A stretch of 64,000 nucleotides of DNA from Scyliorhinus canicula (GCF_902713615.1 NC_052148.1:243237212-243301211), one strand, 5' to 3'; positions 1-13,342 are shown, counted from the first letter of the stretch. Numbers and translations: made by a program. The notes: generated by a model from the sequence alone, not told the origin.

Positions 1-105
1 TATCGTCACTCCAGCCAGCCTCGCAGGGATGTCTGGGCCATTCAACCCACAGTCACCGAGCCTGATTCAGACCTACCCCCTGATTTTGACACCGAGGACC
101 CGAAG

Positions 106-3100
106 GTGCCTTTTCAAGTCGGCATCATAACAAAACACAGGGTGACCCTGAAGCACAGAATCAAGCCTCTACCGATACACAGCATCGATCCGGATGATGA
201 GTGGTGCTCTACCCTCACGGTCAACTGGTCCCAAATACGATTCCGCCTGGACACCGGTGCCTCCGCCAATCTCATTGCGTGGTCTGACCTCCAAAGCCTT
301 TGTGTCAAACCAGCCATCCTGCCATCAGCCTGCCAACTATTAGATTATAATGGCAATGCCATTGCTGCCAGCGGCTCATGCCAACTTGAAGTGAAGCACC
401 GGCCACGCAAAGCCATCTTGCCGTTTGAAATCGTAGGTTCCTCGAAAGCCTCCTTGCTTGGCGCGCAGGCAGCAAGCTGTTGAACCTGGTTCAGAGGGTT
501 CACTCTCTCTCTCCTGCTGATGCGTCTGCCTTTCCGGACACTGACTTCAGGGCACAACTCGACGCCATTATCACCAGTACCACGACGTCTTCGAGGGCAT
601 GGGCACGCTCCCGCACACCTAAAAGATTTTATTACAGCCGAATGCCATGCCTGTGGTGTACGCACCTCGCAGGGTCCCAGCGCCCCTTAAGGACTGCCTC
701 AAGCAGCAGCTGCAAGACCTCCAGGGCCAAGGAGTCATCTCCAGGGTCATGGAACCAACTGACTGGGTCAGTTCCATGGTATGTGCAAAAAAGCCTTCTG
801 GCGAATTGAGAATTTGAATCGATCCCAAGGATCATAATCGCAATATTATGAGGGAGCACTATCCAATTCCCAAGCGCGAAGAGCTCACATGTGAAATGGC
901 TCATGCCAAGCTCTTTACCAAACCCGACGTCTCAAAAGGATTCTGGCAAATCAGGCTTGATGAATCTAGCAGGAAACTCTGCACGTTCAATACCCCCTTT
1001 GGAAGATATTGCTCCAACAGAATGCGTTTGGGATCATTTCTGCATCAGAAGTGTTTCATAGGATCATGGAACAAATGATGGAAGGGATTGAAGATGTTAG
1101 CGTCTATGTCGATGACATAATAACCTGGTCCACCACCCCGCAGGAGCATGTTAATCGCCTCCAGCGCGTCTTCAGATGCATACATGAGCATGGCCTCCGC
1201 CTCAACAGAGCCAAGTGCTGTTTCGGTCAGACAGATATCAAGTTCCTAGGGGACCACATCTCCCATTTGGGTGTGCGGCCGGATGCGGACAAGGTAGCTA
1301 CCATCACAGCTATGAGAACGCCAGAAGACAAGAAGGCGGTCCTCCGGTTATTGTGGATGGTGAATTTTTTAGGGAAGTTCATCCCTAACCTCGCCTCTCA
1401 TACCACGGCTCTCAGGAACCTGGTCAGGAAGACGACAGATTTCCAGTGGCTCCCTGCCCATGAGCAAGAATGGAGGGAACTCGAGGCTAAACTAACCACG
1501 GCCCCGGTCCTGGCTTTCTTTGATCCAGCAAAATTTCGACAGATTTTGTCAGTCCGGCATTGGAGCAGTGCTCCTGCAACGTGATGAGGCCTCGTCATGG
1601 GCCCCCGTTGCGTATGCGTCGCGAGCGATGACCCCCACGGAGCAGCGCTACACGCAGATAGAAAAGGAGTGCCTGGGCCGTCTGAACGGTGTTGTGAAAT
1701 TTCACGATTATGTCTATGGGCTTCCCCAATTCACCGTCAAGACCGACCATTGCCTGCTGGTCAATATAATACAGAAGGACTTGAGCGACATGACGCCTTG
1801 CCTCCAGCGGATTCTTCTCAAGCTCCGGCGATACGACTTCCAGCTGGTGTACACCCCAGGCAAGGACCTCAACATTGCGGACGCTCTCTCCAGGTCAGTT
1901 AACAGTCCATATGACCCAGCGGGGTTTGTCTGCCAGGTTGACGCCCAGGTAGCGTTCGCGGCCTCCAATCTACCTGCCTCAGATGAACGCCTTGTCAAAA
2001 TTCGCCGCAAAACGGCAGCTGATCCCCTGCTACAGCGTGTCATGCGCCACCTGACGGACGGGTGGCTCAAGGGCCAATGCCCTCAGTTCTATAATGTCAG
2101 AGAAATGAAATGAAAATCGCTTATTGTCACGAGTAGGCTTCAATGAAGTTACTGTGAAAAGCCCCTAGTCGCCACATTCCGGCGCCTGTCCGGGGAGGCT
2201 GGTACGGGAATCGAACCGTGCTGCTGGCCTGCTTGGTCTGCTTTAAAAGCCAGCGATTTAGCCTGGTGAGCTAAACCAGCCCCTACCAGAGACGATCTGA
2301 CGGTAGTTGATGGGGTTCTTCTGAAACTGGACCGCATTGTCATCCCGCATAGCATGCACCAGCTTGTCCTGGAGCAGTTACATGAGGGTAAGCTGGGCAT
2401 GGAGAAGTGTCGCCGACGGACCCAAGAGGCTGTGTACTGGCCCGGTATCAATGAAGACATCGCCAACACAGTGCTCAACTGCCCCACCTGTCAGCGCTTT
2501 CAGCCGGCCCAACCACGAGAGACACTGCAGCCCCATGAATTGGTCACGTCACCTTGGACCAAGGTGGGCATTGACCTGTTCCACACGCTGGGTACAGACT
2601 ATGTCCTGATCGTGGACTACTTTTCAAATTACCCGGAGGTGATACGGTTGCACGACCTCACTTCGTCCGCAGCCATTTGGGCGTGCAAAGAAACCTTTGC
2701 TCGACACGGCATCCCGCTCACGGTGATGTCGGACAATGGCCCCTGCTTCACCAGTCAGGAATGGTCCAGCTTTGCCTGGCGGTACAATTTTACCCATGTG
2801 ATGTCCAGTCTCCTGTACCCCCAATCCAACGGCAAAGCGGAGAAGGGAGTACACATCGTCAAGAGGCTCCTATGCAGGGCTGCCGATGCTGGGCCTGATT
2901 TCTACCTTGCCTTCCTGGCCTATCGCTCCGCCCCACTGTCCACTGGCCTGTCGCCAGCCCAACTACTCATGAATCGCACCCTGAGGATGACGGTGCCGTC
3001 CATCCATGTACCAGATCTCGACCATATTCCAGTTCTTCGCAAAATGCAGATGTCTCGTGCGCAGCACAAGGCGGATCATGACTCCCGTGCTGCTGATCTC

Positions 3101-3454
3101 CCCGCTCTCACTCCAGATGACAATGTTCGCGTCCATCTCCTGGATGGTGGTTGGTCTGCGACCGCTGTTGTCCTTAGGCAGGTGGCACCCCGCTCGTTCC
3201 TGGTTCGGCTACCAGATGGCTCTATTCTGCGCCGCAATCGACGTGCCCTTTGCCTCGGACCACGACCGCCACGAGATCCACCGGTGTTGCCTCACTCCCC
3301 TGCTGACCCTGCCATGGACTATGCAGTGCTTCCTATCACTCTGCCTCCCCCTGACTGTGATGCAGTCCAGTCCGCTCCTGAACCGGTGGCTCTCGACCCC
3401 CCCTTGAGGCGGTCAACCAGAATTCTTCGCCCACCTCAGAGACTAAACTTATGA
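106..3454 (+). pseudogene. pol: Gypsy D pol (PR-RT-RH-IN), frameshifted and interrupted by a SINE
   Basis: Motifs lie in several frames. The integrase ORF 2354-3454 keeps a zinc-finger-like H...CPTC and VDYFS / SDNGP / NGKAE catalytic motifs. Confidence 0.93.
2103..2284 (-). mobile_element. Short tRNA-headed SINE (family S2) inserted in Gypsy D pol
   Basis: Minus strand GGGGCTGGTTTAGCTC...GGTTCGATTCCC (A/B-box-like), (CATTT)n tail, flanking CAGAG duplication (2098-2102/2287-2291). Removing it restores FYNVR|DDLTVVDG. Confidence 0.9.
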
Positions 3455-3707
3455 ACTTTACAAATTTATGGACTCTCTGAATTGTTTTGTTGCTTTGTTT
3501 GATCGTTTTCCTGGTTTGTACATAATGTTGTTCTCGTTCCTCTTGTTGCATACTGTTTCTCTGCACCAGGCACCTTCCCACGTAAATAGCTTTGTTTTCA
3601 TGTCCATAGTCCTGTAAATATGTCTTCGCACCCCACACGTAGTTAGGAACATTATCAACACACATTATTTATTGCCACAAACATACATTTTGTTTTAAAA
3701 GGGGGGA

Positions 3708-4089
3708 TGTCATAACATACAACAGTATATCATGGTGCAGACACACACACTGATGGATACACAGTAGGACCAATCAACATGCACAAACACCGCAGCCAAT
3801 CACCAGTTAGAACACACTCACTATAAAAACAGAGGGCATCAGTTTTCCCGCTCATTCGGGATGCAGCCTTTCAGAAGTACAGAGCTTACAACGTACAGCA
3901 CAGATCTTCACTATGTGCTGAGTGATTAGACTGGTTAGGGTAGGCAGAGGTCTTTAGTTAATCTAAGATCACGTTAACCCACAGTAAGAGTATGTACAAC
4001 AGTTTATAGTTTAATAAAATAGTGTTGTACTATTTTAAGTGTTGGTGGCCTGTATGTGTTCTATGGATCCACAGCACCCACACACATCA
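3708..4089 (+). repeat. 3' LTR of Gypsy D
   Basis: Starts TGTCAT directly after the PPT; TATAAAA ~3822; AATAAA ~4013; ends ACATCA. The right end is inferred because the partner LTR is outside the window. Confidence 0.8.
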
Positions 4090-4589
4090 GGCACCATCTT
4101 GGATTTCTTGGACATAACAGCCATCTCAGAACTCATAAAGTTGGAGGTGAAACAGGTCACTCTTTATCCCAAGGAACTGCCAAAGAAGAAGAAGTAGAAT
4201 AATTTCAATGTTTCTGGCAAAGTGTCAAGAATGCCCTGGTGAAGAAGATTTCCAAGTTTAAGCATTTGCTCCCATGTCTGTGGGCCTCAGGCAAGTGTTG
4301 CCAGGTTGTGGATTGGGGACCACACCTGTTGGTGTCAGAGATCATGGGGGGTCAGGTCAGGAGTAGAGGCGAGAGATGGGGTTGGGGCAGGAATTGCGTG
4401 TGCATGTACTCATGTGGGTGTGTGGGGTTTATGAATGATTGAAAATCTAATATCCAAATTTGAACTGCAGAACTATTAATAAACACATTTTTCATGATGC
4501 CAATCCATCAACCCACCGATAAAAACAGCCAAAATAAATTAATGATCCAAATTATGCTGTGACAGGAAAGCAATTGATTTTCATTGTTA

Positions 4590-5460
4590 ATCATAGAATC
4601 ATATCATCGTAGAGTCACAGAAAAGTTACAGCACAGAAGGTGGCCATTCGGTCCATCTTGTCCATGCCATCCCAAGGACACCCAGGTGCCCTTTCTAATC
4701 CTACCTTCCTGCACCTGGCTCATTGCCCTGCAGCTTACAGCACTTAAGGTGCAGATACAGGTACTTTTAGGGTCTCTGCCTCCATCATCAACTCAGGCAG
4801 TGAATTCTAGACACCCACTGCCCTCTGCGTAAAAATGTGCTTTCTCATGTCTCCTTTGCACCTTCTGCCACTTATCTTGAAGCTATGTCCTCTGGTTCTA
4901 GATTTCTCTACCAAGGGAAACAATTTTATCCTGTCCACTCTGTCTCTTCCCCTCATAATTTTGTACACCTCACTAAAGTCACCCCTCAGCCTTCTTTGTT
5001 CCAGGGAAAATAACCTCAACCTATTCAATCGCTCCTTGTAGCTACACTTTCTAGCTCTGGTAACATTCTTGTAAAGCTCCTCTGCACTCTCCCCAGAGCA
5101 ATAACATCCTTCCTGTAATGTGACCAGAACTGCACACAATACTCCAGTTGTGGCCTCACCAGTGTTTCATACAATTCCAACATTATAGCCTTACTTTATA
5201 TTCTATTGCTCCACCAATGAAGGGGAGCATTCCAAATGCCTTCTTTACAACCTTGACTATTTGAACTGCTGCCTTTAGGGGCCTGTATACTTGTACGCCA
5301 AAATCTCTCAATTCATCCATCCCTCTTAGTGTAGTTCCTATAACTGTTTGACCTTCCTCAATGCATGACCTTACACTTCTCTGTGTTAAAATCCATCTGC
5401 CACTTTACCGCCCACTCCACCAACCTATCTATATCACTTTGGAGATTTTGGCTATCCTCT
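4590..5460 (-). mobile_element. CR1 LINE 3' fragment
   Basis: Minus ORF 4807-5139 YKERLNRLRLFSLEQRRLRGD is the CR1 ORF2 C-terminus; 3' tail resembles the HE1 SINE tail. Confidence 0.9.
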
Positions 5461-5655
5461 ATAATAATACTCTTTAATAATCTTTATTAGTGTCACAAGT
5501 AGGCTTACATTAACACTGCAATGGAGTTACTGTGTAAATCCCCTAGTCGCCACATTCTGGTGCCTGTTCGGGTACACGGAGGGAGAATTCAGAATGTCCA
5601 ATTCACCTAACGTGTGGGAAGAAACTGGAGCACCCTGAGGAAACACATGCAGACA
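5461..5655 (-). mobile_element. V-SINE fragment with the GGCGACTAGGGG...TATT tail
   Basis: Matches 18660-18910 and 62362-62580. Confidence 0.8.
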
Positions 5656-5656
5656 C

Positions 5657-5790
5657 TAACATTATTCGAACATTATATCCTGACTTTTACATTCTATACC
5701 TCTGCCAATGAAGGAGCGCGTTCCATATGCTTTCTTAACAACCTTGTCCACTTGAAGCAGCCTTTAGGGACCTGTGTACCTGTGCGCCTT
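5657..5790 (-). mobile_element. Small CR1 fragment
   Basis: Diverged copy of 5178-5300. Confidence 0.65.
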
Positions 5791-6246
5791 GAACATTCAT
5801 ATCAATGATATTTTTCTTTGAAAGCTGCTGTAATGCCTTGATGGAAAGGACACACCACCCACTACAAGGTATTTGAGATCTTGGGGAAAAGGACATAAGC
5901 TGTGAATCTCCTTAACCAGTCAGACTGAAGGATTGTCATGAACATTGCAAGGACTGAGATGGGAGTGTAAGAGTGGATGAATTCAATGTCGCATCAAAGT
6001 ATAGAAAGAGAAATAAAGAAAGAGACACTGATTGGATTGAGAGAGAGACAAGAGAGTCCGAAGGAGAAAGAGGGCATTGTTAGCCACATGTGTGGTTCAC
6101 AGTGGTGGGTGGGAGGGTTGGGGTGGAGGGGGTTTGAAGGGGGAGGGTGTTGGAGGGAGGGTTGAAGGGAGAGGGGGTGGAGTGAGGATTGAGGGTCGCC
6201 TGGTGAGTTGGGGGGGCAGAATTTGGGGGTGTTGGTGTCTACTCGC

Positions 6247-6480
6247 TCGTACTACCCGGTGTAGGTTGCTGACCTTCTTCCGACACTGGAGGCCAGTCCT
6301 CCTGGTCACACTGCCCGAGCTCACAGCTGCCGCCACCTCGGCCCAGGCAACACTGGCTGCCGCATGGCTCAACCTCCGGGACCCTCTGGGGAACAGGACA
6401 TCCCTCCTGGGCTCAACCGCATCTAGGAGCCTCCCCAAGTCAGCATCCCCGAATATTTGGACCTGTCCCCTCGGCGCCAT
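6247..6480 (-). pseudogene. Harbinger Myb/SANT-like DNA-binding protein, exon 1
   Basis: MAPR...FGDADLGRLLDAV...AWAEVAAAVS...RTGLQCRKKVSNL is a trihelix/Myb-like signature, followed by a decayed donor GCGAGT. Confidence 0.8.
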
Positions 6481-8309
6481 TATTGCGAGCTGGCTGGGGT
6501 TGGCTGAGCAAGTGCAGCCTAAGTGCTGCTCGACCTTGTTAGTGGGGGGCTGGTGAGCGCGGTCCCGGTAAATCAGCTGATGAGCCTTCATTTGTGGTGA
6601 GAAGCCCATGAGGCCTCGTAAGTGGACCAATTAATGTTGAATTTTTTTCTAGAGAATCGTGGACTAGGCTGGGGAGAAACTCTCCAAGACGGAGAAAAAA
6701 TGACTAAGTTGGATTGCACCACAAAACCCGATGGGGAACACCCCAGCAGACCTGCCCAAAATGACATTTTTTGGTAAAAAGTTTGCCCATAATCTCCAAA
6801 AGCAATTAAAACTTTCAGGAATGAGATTGCATACTTGAAAAAGTTGATATCAGTGCCAGGAAGGTTAACTGTCAACAAATAAAATTAGCGATGTTATTAA
6901 TAGGGTATTAAGTCTTGAAATGACTTGATTTAAGTTTCTGTGGTGAGTTTATATCGGACGAAATCTGGCCAGAATTTGGTAAAGTGTCAGGATCAGACAG
7001 AAAACTGGTGTGTAACTCTCCAGTTGCACAAACCAGTTTTCTCACAGAATCTTGGGCCTCTTTACCAAATAAAAATGAGTGTGTGTGGTTCACCCTGTCA
7101 CATGGCAGGGGGGGGGGCCTTATAGAGCTGGGAACCAGCTCCAAAGAGATCGGGGGCCACCTTTAAAGGGCACCCATATCGCCGATGTAGCCTAACGGCC
7201 CCCAGCCTCCATCATGGAGTTATTGGGGTTCTTCTCGCTGCTCCCCCCTCCACAATGCTTGTGGGCAACCCCCTCCCCGAATCAACTCTGAAATCTCCCC
7301 CCCCCCCCACCTCAGTGTCCGCTCTCCTCCCGCCCACCACATATCAATGCTTCCCCTCCATGGGGCTCCCAAGAGGCTCCTCCCCTGGCTCTAGGTTGGC
7401 ACTGCCGACCTGGCATTTCCAGCCTGTGCCAGCAGCAGTGTCAGGGGCCAGTGCCCAGGCATGACCTTCCCCCTCCCCCGGGGGGGCTACACTGATCTCT
7501 GCGCCCCTGGAGGGATTCCCTCCACTGCCTCATGCCTGGCCAAACCTGTTGTAAACCTCGCGCTGGTGAAGTATGAATATTTAATGAGGGGCATCATTTG
7601 GTAGGTGGGGGTGGGGGAATCCAGAACTATCCTTGATAGCAACAATTCCCCTGTTTAATTACACATTTACCCTTGCCTGAAGTGGCTGTGGTGTTGTGTA
7701 AAAACAATTGTGATGGCTATTCCCCTCGCCATTATTCAGGTAGAACATTTTTAATCTGTAAGATTTGGGAAGCGGTAAAGGAAAACAACATTTAATAGGA
7801 ATACTTATTTTCAAATTTCTAGCAAGAAACATTATTTAAAAAATATGTGATTGACCATACTGACTATGGCTGAGAGACAGATAGCTGCATATATACACAA
7901 ACATTTCCAAAGCTAATGTAAATACTAGATCATCTTTGATCCCAAAAATAACAAGCATATTGCAACCAATGAAGCCTGAGGTAATAAGTCTAATAATTCA
8001 TGCTGGCAATGTTGGAACTTCCAGAAATGAACTTAAATAATGTTATTGACCATTTTGCATCAGACCTCAACATTCTTCTTGCATCCTGTATCCAACAATA
8101 TACGTCCATTTGCTTAATGGCGAAAAATGTACCACGTTTCTTCTTGGGTTGTTTCTCAATGAAATTACTGGACGCTTTCTGCTAAATTAAAATGCACACT
8201 AAAACATACAAAATGCTGCGCATTGAAGCGCCAAACTGTGCATAAATTTATGAGAAAATAACAAGATTGTGAGAATAAGTCAAAACCAGTGAAACTTCCC
8301 TTTTGCAGA

Positions 8310-8570
8310 CAAACATATGAATTAGGAACAGTAGGCCATTTGGCCCCTCGAGCCTGCTCTGCCATTCGATATGATCATGGCTGATCTGATTGTGGCCTCA
8401 ACTCCACATTCCACCTACCTCTGATATCCTTTGACTCCCTTGTTAGTCAAGAATCTATCTATCTCTTCCTAACAGATATTCGTTGACTCAGCCTCCACTG
8501 CTCTCTGGGGCAGAGAGTTCCAAAGATTCACAACCGCTGAGATAAAAATATTCTCAAGGATGTGATTTAA
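8310..8570 (-). mobile_element. CR1 3' end fragment
   Basis: VVNLWNSLPQRAVEA plus 3'UTR similar to 38290-38478. Confidence 0.8.
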
Positions 8571-8729
8571 CGGCCTTGTCGCACCCGATGTGGTGTCACG
8601 ACAAGGCAGTTGAATCTCTCGAGATTCGCGACGCTCGAGACGTCTCGCCAGTTTCAAGCAAACCTCGTGAGACGCTGCGACCTGGAACTCACCTTCACTG
8701 GGCGAGATCCAGATCAAATTTAAATGAGC

Positions 8730-8919
8730 CACAGTCCAAAGATATGCGGGTTAGGTGGATTGGCCATGCTAAATTGTCCCTTAGTGTCCAAAAGGTTAGG
8801 TGGAGTTACTGGGTTACGGGGTTAGGGTGGAGGTGTGGGCTTAAGTAGGGTGCTCCTTCCAAGGATCGGTGCAGACTTGATGGGCCGAATGGCCTCCTTC
8901 TGCACTGTAAATTCTGTGA
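8730..8919 (+). mobile_element. HE1-type SINE, 5'-truncated
   Basis: CACAGTCCAAAGAT...GGGCCGAATGGCCTCCTTCTGCACTGTAAATTC. Confidence 0.85.
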
Positions 8920-10592
8920 TTTCATTCCCCTTTCAATAAACAACAATGACATGGTCTCCTGATTCAACAAATGATTCGCATTCAGAAATTGGACATTTTT
9001 TTGATTACATTCCTTACTAGCTGAATTCCAAGAGTTGCAGCAAAGCAGGCTGTGATACGTGCTGGTTTTCTGATTTACGTTTTCCGTGAGAAGCACCTAG
9101 TTGATTGCTCCCAGTGATGGTATAGAGACTGTGAGCTGGCACGTGGAGAGTACTAGGAGCATTCCGTCCCACTGCTACAAGTACTTAGAATGTTCTGACG
9201 TGCTGTCAAGGAGTTCTTTCCCAAACTTTTGGAAGGTAATTTGATGTCAAAAGATTACAATAAACTTTACACTACAGCAGCGACGACATTTCAAAAGCGA
9301 CGGCGACCAGCTTTGCGATAGTCTCAGGTTCTGAAAGGAGCAATGTAAATGTTATTCCTTCCTTCCACCCATTCATTTTCGAAGATAAACAGACTCTTTA
9401 AAAGTATCAAATTTTAGAAACATGGGCATTGGCTGTGGCATCATAAACAGCTGCACATAGCCCGGATGCATAATATGAATCTTCGCATTGCTTACCGTGG
9501 TTTATCCAGGGCCCTGGGAGAGTCGTCAGCATTTATCAGTTAAAAAACTATTCAAAACATGATACTGTTGTAAAATAAAGCAGATTTGATCAAGTCCTCG
9601 TTCCAAAAATCTCTCATGTTTATTTGGCTCATATTTCATATCTGGCAGATCATGGCATACCTGGCCCTGAGGGGGTATGGGAGAGGACACCCGCTCCCAG
9701 TGGCTGTCAAGGTGATGGTCGCCCTAAACATTTACACGACGGGGTCCTTCCAGGCTCCGGGTGGAGACTGCACGACGTGTGTGCCAGGGCCAACATGCAT
9801 GGGACACTCTGATCGTCTCCAGGTTCACCACCTGGGAAGGAGACGTGGCCAGGGGGACAGACACCGCATCCCATTCGCACATCCCCCCCCTTCCCCATGG
9901 CTACACTGCAATCCCTTCCGTGATACATACCTGCTGCACTACAGTGTGCAGGCCCTGGGTTAGCAGTAACACCAGGACTGGTCCATGGGATGGAGGATGA
10001 TGACGGCCCGCTCTGCAAGGAGCTCTTGTGTGCCACACCGTAAGACTCCTGCCCACGGTACACTTTCCACCATCCACCTGGGTAATCCCTGCATGTGGGC
10101 TGGCCATTCCATCACATGGTCCCACCGAACCTCTGGGGTGACGGTGGTGGGGATGATCGGAGGGGTGGGGGGTGGGGGAGGGGGTGGATGGAGAGCCCAT
10201 GCCACCCCCAATGTCTGCCCATTCCATTACCGACCCCGTACCCCCTCTGTGGCCAGCCCAGACCAGCCCACCCCTCATACCCATCTGACAGAGAACTGAG
10301 GCAGGTTGTAACAATGTGAACAGGTGTTTAATGTGCACAAATATATACATAAACATGCCATAGCCCCTATAACTAAACTGTGCCCTGCACGTGTGCTAAC
10401 TTAACTGGTGTCTAATTTTCTGACCTTAGGGGCCCGAACGCTACGTCTTGGTGCATCCGCAGATGGTACATCAGGGGTGGAGCCACCCTGCTGTGATTCC
10501 TGTCGTGCGACCTGGGTACCTGTTGGTGGACGCCTTTGGCTGCTCGGGTGTTACTGGTGGCATGGTGCTGCCCGCTTCCCACCAGGTGCACC

Positions 10593-11426
10593 TGTTGCTC
10601 GTTCTGGGTGAGTGTGCTTAACACTCAATTTGGCTCTGTTTCTTTACTTAGCTCTGGAGTCGCCAGGTATCGTTAAGATACCGCCACAAGTTTCAAGGTG
10701 AAGTTCAAAGCAATAAAACCATACACCAATTAGTAAGTTCAAACAACTGAGTTTATTATAATACAATTATAAAACTACCCATGCACACGCTAAAAGGATT
10801 AAACTATTCCTACCGCTAAATAAACGAATACATATCTCGAAAGAACTGCCGGATCAGGGAACAAGGCCTCTTGCTCTGCTCTGGTCTGCAGACTTCAGGT
10901 TGGTATAGGTTAAAAGGGGTCAGGAGTGTCTATCTCTGGTAGCGATCATTGTGAGACACTTACTTGCTGGCAGCTGCTGTCCCAAACCTCTCCTCTCTCT
11001 CGTTCAAGATCTTCTTGGCAAAGCTGGTCGAGGTGCTGGTCCACAGAGGAGGGCATGTCAAGGAGAGAGGAGGGCTGGACAAGAAGAGCGAACTAAGTGT
11101 GGGACCTGTCTTTTATAGGTCCCAGGGATCCGCGCCCCTTTGGGCAGACCCTTTACCTGCTCAGAATCGATTGGGTCCCTTCCCAATTGATATGTTTGAA
11201 TCCCCCCCAATACTGAGGCTGTTCCTTGGCTACTGGGCGGGCTTTCAGGTTCTTTGTCTTCGAACCCCGCTGGTGCCGGGGTGTCTGCACCGGGGTGTCT
11301 GCACCAAGCAAATGTCCACATTTGCTTGGTGCAGCCTGCTGGTGCTGCAAACATTGTCCATTTTAACCTGTATGCTTTGCGTTCCTCCATTTTGTATTTA
11401 GGGAATGGCCAACCTCGGTGGCTACA
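10593..11426 (-). mobile_element. Solo LTR (834 bp)
   Basis: TGT...ACA termini; 4-bp TSD CACC (10589-10592/11427-11430); minus-strand TATAAAA ~11117 and AATAAA ~10758. Confidence 0.88.
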
Positions 11427-11605
11427 CACCTGGGACAGGAGGGGGGTTGGTGGAGTCCGAGGTGCTGCGGTGTTCTGGCACCTCCCCTGATGGGCCCCAT
11501 CACCTTATCCTCCCTCTATGTGCCCGATGGTCCCTGGGCTACTCCGTGAGATGGGAGTGCGAGCGGAGCTATCCCCTGAGGTTCCCTCGCCACCAGGTGC
11601 TGCCA

Positions 11606-11937
11606 ATCATAGAACATAGAACATACAGTACAGAAGGAGGCCATTCGGCCCATCGAGTCTGCACCGACCCTTTTCACCCCTCACTTCCACCCTATCCCCA
11701 TTACCCTATAACCCCTGCTAACCTTTTTTGGTCACAAAGGGCAATTTATCATGGCCAATCCACCTAACCTGCACGTCTTTGCACTGTGGGAGGAAACCAG
11801 AGCACCTGGAGGAAACCCACGCAGACACGGGGAGAACGTGCAAACTCCGCACAGACAGTGACCCAGCTGGGAATCGAATCTGGGACCCTGGTGCTGTGAA
11901 GCCACAGTGCTAATCACTTGTGCTACCCGTGCTGCCC
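11606..11937 (-). mobile_element. HE1-type V-SINE, full length
   Basis: tRNA-like head GGGCAGCACGG...TTCGATTCCC, V-domain GTGTCTGCGTGGGTTTCCTCC, CR1-like tail ending (TTCTATG)n. Confidence 0.9.
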
Positions 11938-13342
11938 CTTTTCCTGGAGGCTCGCTCTGGTGTCAACCAGGGTCTGCATGCTCACGGCCATGGAGCACAG
12001 GGAGTGAATCATCACCGTCTAGGGCAGCGCCACATCACCCATTAACTGTGCCACCACCTTCTGGGTCTGTGTCACATCAGCCAGTGACTGCACCATCTCC
12101 CTCTGGGACTGGGCCACCTCCCTCTGTGTCTGCACTATGTCAGCCAGCACCTGGCTAATGCCACTGACATTCTCAGCCATGGCCTGCTGTGACTGGGCCA
12201 CACTCAGGAGCGCCACTGCAATTCCCATGTGGGTCTGACACATGTGAGGTGGCAACTCTGTTCTGGACCTCGACCAGTGCCTGCACAGAATGTCCCAGGA
12301 CTTGCACATGCTGATCCAGAGCCAAAACCCTCGCCCCTCCCAATGCCTCCACCGCAGATGCCTCCCATGCGGTGTTGGCCTGGGTGACATGCATGGTCGG
12401 CACCACCTCCTGCTCCTGCACGCGGTTGGATTCTTCAGGTGCCTGCAGGTACTGGATGCTCGATGACAACCCCTCATGTAGACCCTGGCTCTGCGTCTGC
12501 ATCTCCACAATCGAGAAGTCGTTTCCAGAAGCTTGAAACCCGTCTGGATGGCAGGTAGTTCCTGGGCTTGGTCTGCCCTCTGACCACCTGCCCCCAAGAG
12601 AGTTCCTACCTCCACGTGATGTACCGGATCAGCTGTGTGGTGCGCATCAGATAATGACCCAGGAGCCTCTTCCCGAAAGTGCCCAATGAAGGTGAGTGTC
12701 TTTGGGATGGGGGGAGAGTGTTGGAGCAGCTGTGGCGGGAATTCTGTGTCAACATCGGACCTGAGGTCCGGGGTGTCCTGAGTCTCGGGTCAAGGGCTGC
12801 CATCCGAGCTGCCACCCGAGCTGTTCTCCTCATCCCTGCTTGCCTCACGGGGGGCTCTGGCTGGGGCACAGGCTGGGGGTGGGGACACTGGATGGACCCG
12901 CCTCATCACCGTGGGCCCTGCAAGACACAAGACAATATGCATGATTAGACCGCGGACCAGGCCGGGGTGTGGTGGGCGAGGGGGGGGGGGGGGGGGGGGG
13001 GGAAGGGGGGTGTGGGGGTGAAGGTGAGGGTGGTGTGGGGGTGTGGGCGAGGGTGGTGTAGGAGGGAGGGTGGTGTGGCGGGGGTTGACATACATGTCAT
13101 GGGGAACCGCAACTCAGCGGTGTCTCACTTCCTTGCCCATGGCCGTCCTCCATCCCGGTGACCTCCCTTTTCTCCGAGCTACTGATCACGCCCAGGGTTC
13201 TCTGCTCTGCCACGGTGAGGGGCCACAGGTTTGGCAGTCCTCTACCAGTTTTCGGCGGGGGGGGGGGGAGAGAAACAGAAAATGACAGTGTTAGACAGTC
13301 CAACGCATGCAGCCCTGGGGGTGGGTAATTGATGGCCTCAGT

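Larger units (their letters stand above)
1..4089 (+). mobile_element. Gypsy LTR retrotransposon D, 3' portion (degenerate pol plus 3' LTR)
   Basis: Fragmented ORFs in Gypsy order: protease LDTGA (106-483), RT YPIP...YVDD (848-1584), RNase H EKECL...ADALSR (1520-2113), integrase (2354-3454). PPT AAAAGGGGGGA at 3697-3707, then the LTR. Confidence 0.95.

Noticed and set aside
2195-2284. tRNA gene
   Set aside because: The tRNA-like fold is irregular and fused to a SINE tail in four dispersed copies, so it is a SINE head.
6097-6630. Host Myb/SANT gene
   Set aside because: Only one exon with a decayed donor in transposon-like flanks; better explained as a Harbinger relic.
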